Origin: Takakia lepidozioides
Lineage: Eukaryota; Plantae; Bryophyta
Direction of reading: 5' to 3'
Assembly (NCBI GenBank): GCA_030704615.1
Contig: CM060733.1
Coordinates: 55,242,001 to 55,306,000 of the forward strand
DNA length: 64,000 nucleotides
Shown here in pieces: positions 49,501 to 61,129 of this stretch. The position numbers and the translations under genes are program-made. A model generated the notes under the pieces. The model was not told the origin of the DNA, made no database searches, and was given only the letters and a program-made list of their open reading frames with translations. How positions within the stretch are numbered: the first letter of the stretch is position 1; each line of letters begins with the position of its first letter.

Positions 49501-51489
49501 TAGGATTCTAGCAGGGGTGGACTTTGCTCGGTGCTACATAGATGCCATCATCATCTTTAGTGTTACGGTGGAGGAGCATGAGAGACACCTTCAGGTGGTA
49601 TTGGAGCGCTTGAGAGCGCACGGATTGAAGTTGCATCCGGGGAAGTGCAAGTTTTTCCACAATCAGATTGAGTATCTGGGTCACATGATATATCCTGGAG
49701 GATTGGGGGTACAACAGACTAAGGTAGAGGCCATTGCACAAATTCCACGCCCCACGGATGTGAGCCGAGTTTGAGCTTTCATGGGGTTGGCAAACTATCA
49801 TAGACGGTTTGTCAAGGGATTTAGTGCCATTGCAAAGGCTCTAACCAAGCTGACCAAGGTGGACTAGGAGTGGCAGTGGGAAGATGAGCAGGAACGAGCT
49901 TTTCAAGAGCTCGAGGCGAGGTTGACCTCGGCGCCTATCCTGAGACAACCTATCAGGGGGTGTCCCTTTCAGCTGCATACGGATTGGAGCATGCTGGGGC
50001 TTGGAGCGGTGCTCACACAGGTGGATGATGAGGGAAGAGAGTTTGTAGTGGCTTATGCTAGCCGCTCGAACAACGCTGCAGAGGCTAAGTACAGCTCATA
50101 TGAGGGAGAGTGCTTAGCTGCAGTGTGGGCCATGGCACACTTCAGGTGCTATCTATACGGCAATCTTTTCACCCTTGTCACGGATCACCAGCCACTCAAG
50201 TGGTTGATGGAGTCAGACAAGCTTACGGGGAAGCTTGCACGGTGGTCACTCATACTCCAGGAGTATGACTTTCAGGTTGTGCATCGACCGGGTTTGATCA
50301 ATCGGGATGCGGATGGATTGAGTCGCAATCCATGCACGAGCCAGCAGGATGACACTGGAGCTCGGTGGCATGGTGAGACGGACAAGGAGATGGTATCGGG
50401 ATGGCACGCATCTGCATTTTTGTGTATCTTGGCATCGGGAGGTCAGGTTGGACCTACAACAAGGATAACTGTAGACGGAGTGTCTGAGGACCCTAAGGCT
50501 AGTGTTGAGCCAGGTGGTGCCAGAGATATACATGAGGATTCGGCTGTGTTGGACTACCTCCGCACGGGAGACACGACAGCCACTGTGACTGCCAGGGAGA
50601 GGGATTGGATCCTGCAACAAGCCAAGAGGTTCAAGTGGGAGGGGATACACCTACTTCGAGTGTGGGAGGATGGTCGGGTGAGGATTGTGCCTCACCCCAC
50701 ACAGTGTGCATGGTTAGTGCGGCATGCCCATGAGGAGTTGGGGCATTTTGGAGTGCGACGCACTCATAGTTTACTGTAGGGGCAGTATTGGTGGCGTGGT
50801 ATGCATACAGAGGTGCAACAGTTTGTGGCTAGGTGCATGGTGTGTGACAGGGTGCGTGCTTCATTCAATGCCCATACACCACAGTTGCATCCTTTACCAA
50901 TCATGGGATTGGGCTACAGGTGGAGTCTTGACTTCGCAAGACCGTTGCCACTGACTATGCACCACCACAGATATGTGTTGGTGATGGTGGAGCACTTCTC
51001 CAAGTGGATTGAGTTGGTGCGGAGATTGGTTGTGTCCACACTGCTTGGGATAGTGGCAGTGGACATGACTGGAGGCAGCTAACAAGACATGGGAGGCCAA
51101 GCTCATAGGAGTCAATACATGAGATCCCAAGCTCAAGTTCACAGGTTGCAAGATGGCGACTAACGATGGGGCAACTCTTGCACCCGGCCTCTTGATCTAT
51201 CGAGTTTGAGTGTAGTAGGGATAGTGGTGGAGGACTTAGTGAGGCTATGGTCACTATCACATCTTGTGGCTACCTGGACTTAGAGGGACCTAAGCACCAG
51301 CTAGGGGGGCGATTGTGTGGACTAGTGACTGCCATAGTGGGCAGCATAGTGGCAGCCTAGTGACTGACTAGTTGTAGCCAAGTGGTTGGACTAGTGGTGG
51401 ACTAGTGATATACTAGTGTGTGGCGTGCACATGTGTTGTGTGGTTTTGGACAGCGATGTAGTTGTGTAGCGATATGTATGCGCACGACA
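46569..51489 (+). mobile_element. Degenerate Ty3/gypsy retrotransposon encoding a C5 DNA methyltransferase (protease, DNMT, RT, RNase H, truncated integrase, PHD-like tail, PPT, short LTR-like end)
   Basis: VLLDSGAQ protease; DNMT motifs; RMCGDYRPVN, TLDLRSGYHQ, PFGLKNA, YIDA; HTDWS, YEGECLA; H..GH..C..C, WSLDF; PPT AGGGGGGCGA at about 51303-51312. Confidence 0.92.
47600..48545 (+). pseudogene. DNMT3-like C5 cytosine methyltransferase domain inside pol (one TGA at 47708)
   Basis: Motif I LDLFGGI, II YVERD, IV DLVVAGWPCQG, VI ILENV, VIII AHRPRLWWTN, IX ERERAMGF, X RRQVLGQAM. Confidence 0.92.
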
Positions 51490-51996
51490 GCTGTCAAATT
51501 ATTTTATCACTAGTGTGAAATTAGCTAGGAAATAGCTAGCTTTTACATATTGACATTTGGGATTGGCCCAAGTGTCAATCCAGGGGTCAAGGCAGATTTA
51601 GGCCCTGGAGTGGTTATCTTCACGGCAAGCGCGGGAGGCTCATCTTTCTCGAGTTGAGCCTCACCGCGCCTAGCTATGGCGCCGTAGTGTGGATTCCCCA
51701 TGGCATGGGGTGCACTTGGCTTGACTTGTATTTGAGTGATGAGTTTATATATGCATGAGCTATGCTTAAGCTTTGTGAGCTCGCATGAGCTTGTGCTTGT
51801 ATTCCTCTTCTTTATCCATTATATGGACTAGTAACTGCCATAGTGGGTAGTATAGTGACAGCCTAGTGACTGACTAGTTGTAGCCTAGTGGTTGGACTAG
51901 TGGCTGGACTAGTGATATACTAGTGTGTGGCGTGCACATGTGTTGTGTGGTTTTGGATAGCGATGTAGTTGTGTAGCGATATGTATGCGCACGACA
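51314..51996 (+). repeat. Two ~176-bp direct repeats (51314-51489 and 51820-51996) flanking a ~330-bp rearranged LTR-like insert
   Basis: Both copies end ...ATGCGCACGACA; the first copy begins TG directly after a PPT. Confidence 0.85.
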
Positions 51997-52904
51997 AACA
52001 CTTTGGCGAGGGCTTTCTTACCTTCAGGACTGAGATCAGGAACAGGTGGTGGTGCAATTGCAGCAACAACATCTAAGGGGCCATGTTGTATGCCTATGGC
52101 CTCTAGTCCAAAGCCAACTTGCCCTCTTGTATTTCAGCAATGGGTAAGGCAGTGATGCGAGCCAGGACCTGCCCTTTCTTAATTGTCACATGGAAGCGCT
52201 CAGGGTTAGCAATTAGAATCTTGACTTCTTGCCACTAGAAGCATTCGTGTCTTTTCCGAATCGACTGCATATCCGCGACCACTCCGGGAACCACTTGGTA
52301 GTAAGCGGGACTACTGGAGAGTCGAAACAGACAATGTGGGCCCACGGGGGCATTTCGGACAGCGGACAGAAGTGGGGTCAACGACTCCGGAGTCGTAGCA
52401 GAATTCCGGACTATTTAACGAATTGCGTAAATACATAAAATTTGAAAAAGCCAAAATTACAAGTGGTTGTAATTACTACACATGCGACTACAAATTTTTG
52501 GCAGCACATTTGCTGACGTGGCTTTCACAAAAAGATGTAAACAAAATGTGGCCTTGGGGGAATAGATATTTTAATACGTGCTGTCTCCACCTGGCAGAGA
52601 CATGGATGCAAGTGTTGCGTCGGACATGGCTGGACATGGGAATGCGAATCCTGACACGACAAGGCCTTCGTATACTGTGAGCGCGCGTAGTGGCTTCTCA
52701 GAAGGGTGTGACATCGGGGTCTTGGTCATTCAACATTTACAGAATGCGCTGGATGGAGGCACGATGGAGCGCGCATACGGGCATGCCCTTCTGGCATCAA
52801 TTCCCAAGTATCCACGTAAGGTGAGGCTGCTGAATTGGGTTTTTGCCCGTCTAGTTTTCTGATAGCATGCTTGAAACGTTCATAGTGCCATTGAGTGGCC
52901 TTGC

Positions 52905-53870
52905 AATAATTTGATTTGTAGCTGCTTTTCCATTTCACAAGTTATGAAGAAGGCGTCACAGAAGAAGATCGCAAAGACGTCAAGGCTGAAGGATATGCCC
53001 TTTGGTTGTGAACTACAATCATATCATGCCAAACCCCATTTTCCCCACGCAAATGAGGGAGACATTCTGCATTTGCGAGTAGTGGGACTTAATTCCTTGC
53101 TTTAGCTTGAAGGCAGTTGTGACACCAGAGAAACTGGAAACTACCTCCAAGAAAGTTGAAACTCGCAAGATAGTCATGTATTCGTCTCATTATCTCCAAA
53201 CTGGGATTCCGAGTTATCAACCGACCCTTTACATGTGCGCTGGATGGAGTATAATTTTGGTTTAGGCATTTCCTACCACCAGACGTTCGCTTCTCCAATT
53301 TTTACATTTAAGGATGTGTCTGTGTTTATGGCACTCTTTCTCCCAATGAGGCCTGAGTACCCCCTGTACTTGCAAGAATTTGATGTGTAGCTGCTTTTCC
53401 CTTTCATAAGTTATGAAGAAGCAATCACAGAAGAAGATCGCAAAGAGGTCAAGGCTGAAGGCGTTCATTAATGGTTAGGATTCTAAAATCATATCATGCC
53501 AAACCAGCTTTTCCTGACGCAGATGGTGTCATGAGACATTTTGCGATTTGCGCGTAGGTGGACTTAATTTTGATGTTGACTTGAAGGCAGTTGTGACACC
53601 AGAGAAACTGGAAACTACCTCCAAGAAAGTTGAAACTCGCAAGATAGTCGTGTATCAATCTCGTCATCTCCAGCGATTCCGAGTTATCATCTGACCCTTT
53701 GGATTCGGACTGCATGGAGTATAATTCTGGGTTAGGCATTTCTTGCCACCACACGTTGGCTGTGACACCAGAGAAACTGGAACCTACCACCAAAAAAGTT
53801 GAAACTTGCCAGATAGTCATGTATTCGTCTCGTTTTCTCCAAACTGTGATTTTCAGTTATCATCCAACCC
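52905..53870. repeat. ~470-bp tandem duplication plus a third partial copy
   Basis: AAGTTATGAAGAAG...GAAGAAGATCGCAAAGA at about 52940 and 53410; TGTGACACCAGAGAAACTGGAA at about 53118, 53592 and 53761. Confidence 0.85.
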
Positions 53871-55112
53871 TGTATGCATGATTTGTGCAGAGGCATGCCT
53901 AGATGAAGGAGTAGGGATACAGTGTGGGTCCAGATTCTTCCAACAGAGTCGGCCTTCAAGCTCCAGATTACCTTTGATTCTCTGTTGGTTTTAGCTACAA
54001 GAAACCTGCATGGGTACCTGTTCAACTGGAATCTGTAGCAGCTGCGGCACAATTGAGCAAAATCAGGCGCTGCTAATGAAGGCACTTCCTTCGAGACCCA
54101 ATTCACCATGTTTTTCCCTCTTGTTAGATCCTGCCCTAAATTTTTATGGTTCAATTCTGCAAGTTAGCTGGTTGAGTGAACCTTTGATGGTTTGGAGTGA
54201 CTTTGACATGATGCTTCCAATGAGTCAACAGGAAAGTATCCAGAAACAGGTGACACATACGAGGCAAAGCGGTGGAATGAACACTTTTGTGACCCTGGCA
54301 GTCAATAGTGGGACAATCAAGGCAAATGGTGTATGCCTGTTGGATTGCAGAGAGTACCAGATGCAAGACAGCATAAGAACTAGTGTGATAAGTTGTGTTA
54401 GGTGTTTCCTAGAACAAATCTAGGCTACCATTATCAGCTACAAGGCAAGGATGTACGCATCTTTTCTGCAGAGGCAGTGATACCTGAAGGAGCAGGGATG
54501 GAGTGTGGGTCCACATTCATCCAAGAGGGCCAGATTTCAAGCACAAGATTACCTATGATTCCCTGTGGATCAATAGCGGCAACAAACCTGCATGGGTAGA
54601 TGGTCAAGTGGAAGCGTAACAGCAACCGGCTCATATCTGGAAATCAGGCACTGCTAATGAAGGCACCGCGTTCAACACATTTCAGGCGCTTTTCCCCTCT
54701 TATCAAAATTGGCCCTAAAATTTCATGTTCAATTCTGCAAGTTTGCTACTTCAGTTAATCTTTGACAATTTGGAGTGACTTTGAAGTGATGATGCCAATG
54801 TCACAACAGGAAAGTGAGGGGAAACAGGTAACACAGACGTCGTCAAAGCTGTGGAATGACTTCTTTTCTGACCCTGGCAGGCAACGGTGGGTCAACCGAG
54901 GCCAAAGGGTAAATGCACGTTGAAATACAGAGAGTGGCACATATCCATTGAGCGGGAATAGTGTGATGAGTCTGAATTGGGTTTTTCCTAGAACAAATGA
55001 AGGTAGTCATTGTCAGCTGCTAGCACCAAGGCAAGCATGTATGCATGATTTCTGCAGAGCATGGATAGCGAAGGTGCAGAGATAGAGTTTGGATCCAGAT
55101 TCATCCAAGAAA
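53870..55112 (+). pseudogene. Tandem ~583-bp units encoding intron-split OSB-type PDF motifs (degenerate)
   Basis: Exon B starts at about 53934, 54515 and 55099 (IHPRGPDFKHKITYDSLWINSGNKPAWVDGQ). Exon A reads LWNDFFSDPG..WVNRGQR|gt at about 54850-54908. Confidence 0.82.
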
Positions 55113-55984
55113 TGTACTGGGAATGCAGATTTCAATATGATGGCGTGCTGCATCGCGACATAAACTTGCATTTGACATTCAGGGTTAGGATTCATGCAAT
55201 TTGGTGCTGGTCAGCCCTGCACAATTCCTCCGCAAAAGTAGGAGCCCATCCAAGGGATGGGGACCTCGTAAGTGCTTCTTCATTTGGTACTCACCTTCTT
55301 TTTGCATCGCACTTGTGCTGCAAGGGGCAAAGCCATTCATTTGGCTGGAGGTTCAATTCCTCTTCAAGTGAGCTATTCCCGTGTCACTACAATCAATTAG
55401 ATGTGTGTGTGGTGGTTGGTGGATTTGCGGCTCTAGGGGGTCTTGCCAAGTGCTTGCAGGGATCAACGTTAATGTGGACGTGGCAGTACATGCAGCAAAA
55501 AAGCTCCTCCACTGGTGAAGAAGACCATGCTGCAACATATGTCATGCTTCGAGAGTGCTGCTACTGGGTAGGTGGGAGAATGCAACAATGGTGAGAAGGA
55601 AAGCAAAAGAAGCACGAAAAGGTGCCATCCGGTCCTGCTCCTTTGGAGACACCCCCCATTCCATTGGTCTTTGTTCCTTGAAAGCATGCAGATGTGCCAG
55701 AAAAGGCATGCACACATTCACGTCTACTTCCCGTATATGAAAACGATCCTCTCCTCACATGTCAGAAACAATATTGGCAAGTAAATATAGGTTTGTTCAC
55801 AAGTCAGTACGGACCACATTTCGGGACATTATCGATACGATTAACTGTCTCACCCTTGCGCACTTGCAGGACTGTACAAAATGGGTTCTAAGGACAGTAA
55901 GAGTCCTTAGCACAGCTCTCGTCTAAGAGCTGCCAGCTTAATGGACACTGAGATTCAGCTGGGCTCACTGTTCGTATCCGAAGA

Positions 55985-56136
55985 ATCTTCCACTTCATGC
56001 ATGGGTGTCATCTGAAAAGAAAACTTGCTCAACTTGCAATAGGAAGATGAATGGCTCTTCATCTGGTGGTAGCATTTTTCTGAAATCAGCAAGGAGGAAC
56101 CCGTACTCGTCCCGTTTCATGGTGGCATTCTCTCCC
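55985..56136 (-). mobile_element. CACTA transposase C-terminal (DUF4216-like) fragment
   Basis: MKRDEYGFLLADF..MLPPDEEPFIF..QVEQVFF, paralogous to 59050-59160. Confidence 0.75.
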
Positions 56137-58732
56137 ACCATATTGAACAACGGAATAGAATTGGCTTCACAAGACCATAGTCTACTTTAAGGATCTCTTT
56201 GATGACTCCTACATATTGCACAAGGCATGAAATTGGATTCCGATCTCACTAGAAGGAAAAACGGCTTTTTCCACGGCTCTGCCATCTCACACCTAGCACA
56301 TTCCACGGCTTTTATCACGGGTCTATACACTAAGCCAAGGTGTGGGTCTAAATATGCCCTAACTGTGGGGTGTCTGACATGTGGTCCACACCCCAGGCAA
56401 GAACGGTGTGAAAACAGCCATGAGCGTGGCAGGGGTTGGCTTAGTTTACATGGCATGTTACACACCTGTGTGAAATGGGAACATACAATTAACAAAAAAC
56501 ACAAGAAATGGGAACATACACAAGAAGGAGCCTGTGGCCTACTTTTGGTGCCTTGCAAATTGCAATAAGAGGCTCCGATCTGTTGGCAAGAAGTACCCGT
56601 TGCTCCACGATTACTCCCTGTGGTACACATTGACTGGCCTTCCATGCCCTCTCGGATGAGCACGATGTCATGGTGATCATGGATCGAGGTGAGCGAGGAT
56701 ATACATAGTGTCATTGACATACACCGCAATGTAGATTCATGCACTGTAGCTTCCCGCAATCGTCTCATGCATGACGTTTTTGCTTCAATTTTCAGCGTTG
56801 GTACTTGTGACGGTGTGATGGTTTGGGGGTGAAGCAGTAGCAATGCAGAGACTATCCACATTTCAGCCTGCGTACATTATCCTTTTGGGTTTTGCCTCAA
56901 GTTTATGTACTTAACTGGCCTCTCCTGTCAAAAACTGAGTGTCCCCTGTATGACGTTCAGCTTGCCTCTTGTTATCTACTTCTCAGACCTTTCAACCATA
57001 CTGCTTATGAATCTGTAATACTTTTGTTTCATGTGTGGTGCAACAACTTGGTAATGGGCGGTAAAATTACAAGTGCACATGTGGTGATGTCCACATTCAG
57101 AACAAATAACAGCACATCTGGATGGTTGAAGGCATAGCGCCCATGAGCTTCCAGCTCTAGCAAGAAAGAGTTTTATTTTCGGAAGGACCAAATAATGTGG
57201 GGGGTTGCAAATCCATGCAAAGTACACACCCATAATGTGGACTGGTAATTGGTGTCTGTAACACATAATGGTCTTTGGATTGCTCACCTCAAGCCCCCCA
57301 TACAAAGTATGTATGTTTTTCAAAGAAAGGTCATCTCTACAATTCCAACTCGCAATCATGACAAAGCGGGGTGGTACATGCAGAGGGATGAAGCACCGAA
57401 TCTCACAAACATGAGAAACAGAGAGAAATCACAAAGCAAAAGATCAACTTTGGCTATATATGAATCTGGAATCTCCATGATTCTGAATTCATGGGTTCCG
57501 AGGTGCCACATACCTTCTTGTGATTCATGAACATTCTCCTCCACCATCACATCGCCTCTAAATTGAGCAATGATAGAAGCCTCATCCCTGTCACAATGAG
57601 GGTTTTTAAACAAGCCAAAAAATAGAGTAACTGTGGAACGAGCCCTCTCTATGAGTAAGTCAAAGCCATCATAAATAGGGCCACATACTGTCATGTGCGG
57701 AGGAATTGAACCTGTAGCCAACTGAATGGCTCTGCCCCATGCATGGCTCTGCCCATGTGACCTGCAAGCACACAGTCAAAAAAGTGGGGGTTTACGAACT
57801 TGCCAAATCCCAAGCATGAACAGAGGGGTCCCATTAGTGGGGAAGACATGTGAATCAACATCCACAGTTGCAATGCCCATCAGATCAGACATGGAAAACT
57901 GTGACCTCCTTGTGTCTGGGATGATTACCCAAAACTGAGGATATGGCTTACTGGGGATGGAAGCCCAGAGTTGACTGGATTTCTCAGCATAAGTCTGACT
58001 GCTGGAGCAAGCATTCTGTGGTGCCTCCTTTCCCCCTTCCCCAGCTTGTTTGGTCTAGCCAAAATCAACATGGCATCCAGGCAACAAGTCCAAAGCAAAC
58101 AAAGTCTGATGATGACAGTATCATCTCTCTCTGTGTTCCACCTCCTCTTCACCTGTTTGGATAGGTTGTCCAGTGCTTTCACTTTTTCCTTCTAAATCTA
58201 CATCTACTCGCTTAGGCCCCTCTTCTGTAAGCATTGTGCAGATTGTCCCCCGACTGCACCAAACCAGAACAAACATTATAAAGAAGTACATCCCCAACAC
58301 ATTGCACCCAACCCCCACAATCTGAACACAGGGAAAATAGAGAGGGGAGGGGAGGAGCAGAGGCATCAGAATTCAGTTCGTCGCTAGAGAGTAAGTAAGG
58401 CATGGATGTGGGCAGGGGGGGAGATAGTAGAGAGGTGGACTAGCAACTGAAGCAACCCAAAATGCCAACATGACGCTATTGCCCTTTTACCAGGAATCAT
58501 CTTCCTCGCTGCTACATTCACAGGGAAAATAACCGCAACAAGTGGATGCTGCAGCACAGGATGTCCGCTGATTTGGGACTCAAAATGCGCCTCAGTGTGC
58601 CACTCAAAATGTCATATAATGCATATGTCATTTTACCAGGCCAGTGGCTGAAGCACAGGGTGTCCAGTGATTTGGAACTGAAAATGTCACTCAGTGTGTC
58701 AGTTAAAATGTCAACATGACGCTATTGTCCTT

Positions 58733-60702
58733 TTACCAGATGTAGTCATCTTCATCGCTACTACTTTCACTACACTCATGGTCAGTGTTGCAATCCTCAC
58801 TATCTTGGTGCCATGGTTCGTCCCTTTGTGGCGGCCTCATCATAGCAATAGTAGCCATCTCAGCTTCGGTAAGGGTCGTTGAAGGTCCAAATTCTGTGTT
58901 GGGATTCACATCCTCCAATGCCTCCGCCACTTGCATCCTTACGCATGACTCATTCTCACCCAAGCTGACACCAGTGACATCATGTACCACGCGCCATGAG
59001 CGCGGCTCCTTCTGAAGTACTACTTTCCAGTTACCAGCGTTGGAGGGCTCATCTGCAAAACAAACTTGCTCGACTTGCCATGGAAATGTGAATGGTTCAT
59101 CTCCCGGTGGCAACATGCGATCGAAGTCCACGAGTAGGAAACCATACTCATCCTTCTTCATGGTGCGGTTGCGACCTGTCAAGCTTGCTCTGACCCATTC
59201 ACATATGAATACTACAGGAGTGACAGCACCATACTGAAGCTGTAAAATTTCACGAACAACACCGACATATTGCAGCTGGTTCATGACAGGGTTACCATCC
59301 ACACCCCTTCCCATTGACTCTTCGGCAAAAATCTGTGCAACCCCAGAGTCGAATGTGACATGGTAATCAACCACACCTGTTTCCACCACTCTGTAGTGAT
59401 TTCCGTATGCCCACATAGACCGAAATGAACGAGCAACAAACCCTGGTGGCTTACACAGATGACGAATATTTGCATCATACGCTGCTCCTCTTGAAACAAC
59501 ATTTTGTACTGTCGACTGTATCCACATATGAAAAGCAGGCAAAGGCAACATGTTTTCGGGGTATGGAACGGTGCGTTGGTGTGCATTTCTCCCTTGGGTG
59601 GTGTATGTGGCTCGAAATTCGGCTCTGGCTGATTCTATGGTGGCCTTCTCAATATCATAAAGTCTGGTCATACTCAATTCACACTTAGTCAGGACCATAG
59701 TATGTACAAAGAGGTTGAGTGAAAATTGAGAATGCGCCAATTTTGTGTCCGGAAATGGTTCCCAGAGATAGCATGTGAAGCCAAATAAATGATGTATACT
59801 TACCTCAGAAACGGTCTCATGCACGCCGTGTTGTGAAGCACATAGTCGTGTGCACTAGCCCGAAGCTCAGCCGATAGTTTCCTTGGAGTTCCAAAGCCCT
59901 CTAATACTTCTCCCGCAACACTTTCTTCTTTGTTGCAATCCCAGACCCTTCTACGAGTTCCTGGAAATGCAGCTATGTACTCTGTGAGGAGGCCAAGAGC
60001 CTCATCAAGAGAATACCTCCTGGCCATGCAACCTTTTGGCCGGGCATAGCTCTTCACATATCCCTTCAAATTTTTCATGTACCTTTCGATGGGGTACATC
60101 CAACGCGAACTAGCAGGACCACAAACCTCCAATTCATTCACAAGGTGTAGCACAAGGTGGGTCATGAGATCGAAGAATGAGGGGGGAAACTCTTTCTCCA
60201 ACAAACAAAGCGTTACAACCACATCCTCCTTCAGGGCTGGTAGTTCCTCGGGATCCACTGTTTTCATGCACAATGCGCGAAATACACGAGATAGCTTCAT
60301 GATTGCGAGCCTTGGACCTTTGCCCAACAAACCTCGAATGCACAAAGGTAGAACTTGTTGCATCAGTAGATGGTAGTCATGACTCTTCATGTGTGAAAGC
60401 TTGTTCTTAGCAATATGCTTCTTAAATGAAGCACCATACCCTGTCGGTGTCTTTAGAGCACCCAAAGTTGCATAGAAGGTAGTAGTTTCCTGTCGATTCA
60501 ACACGTAAGGAGCCTGCGGCTTCACCAACTTCCTGCCATCTCCGGGTGGGGTTTTAACCATAAGTGAGGTCGTATGCCCTCATTCTCCATGTCCTAACTG
60601 CTCTTTACTGTGTCCTTTTCCCCCAATATGGTGCGCAATATGTTTTCATAAATGTTTTTTTCACAGTGCATAACATCAAGGGTATACCGTATCAACAAAT
60701 CC
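58733..60702 (-). mobile_element. CACTA/En-Spm transposase remnant (DUF4218- and DUF4216-like regions)
   Basis: LDVMHCEKNI, MKSHDYHLLMQ, LEKEFPPSFFDLMTHL..HL, GP...RWMYPIER, DEYGFLLVDF, EPF..P.QVEQV. Confidence 0.9.
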
Positions 60703-61129
60703 TGAAATCATGGAACCACCATCAATATGGTATACTTTGATGGTAAAGCCAAGAGATGACATCTTAATAATGGGAAAATGAAGAAACCAGCCTTGCATGC
60801 TGCAGACAGTATCCAGTGAGACAAAAGCCAGACATTTTCATGGAAACAACCATATTGCTGCTACATGTGCCATACATAGGCGACTCCAAACTTGCTTCAT
60901 GCAATTTGCATTAGGCTGAAATCTAAGTCGTGTGTGATGATCCTTACAACTATATCCATGCAACTATGAAATCAGCCCTGCCAACAAACAAACAATGAAG
61001 ACATACCCATGTCGCGCGGCTTTTACTCACCCATCCCTTCGCTATCCGAGGCGGAAACTCCAAGATAGAAGAGTTGGAAATCTCTAAGTACTCAGCCCGC
61101 GCAGAACAATCAGTCATGACCTACAGCTA

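Noticed and set aside
52233-52600. CACTA left end (CACTAGAAG...)
   Set aside because: It is plausible, but no partner terminus or TSD was identified, so it is too weak to call.
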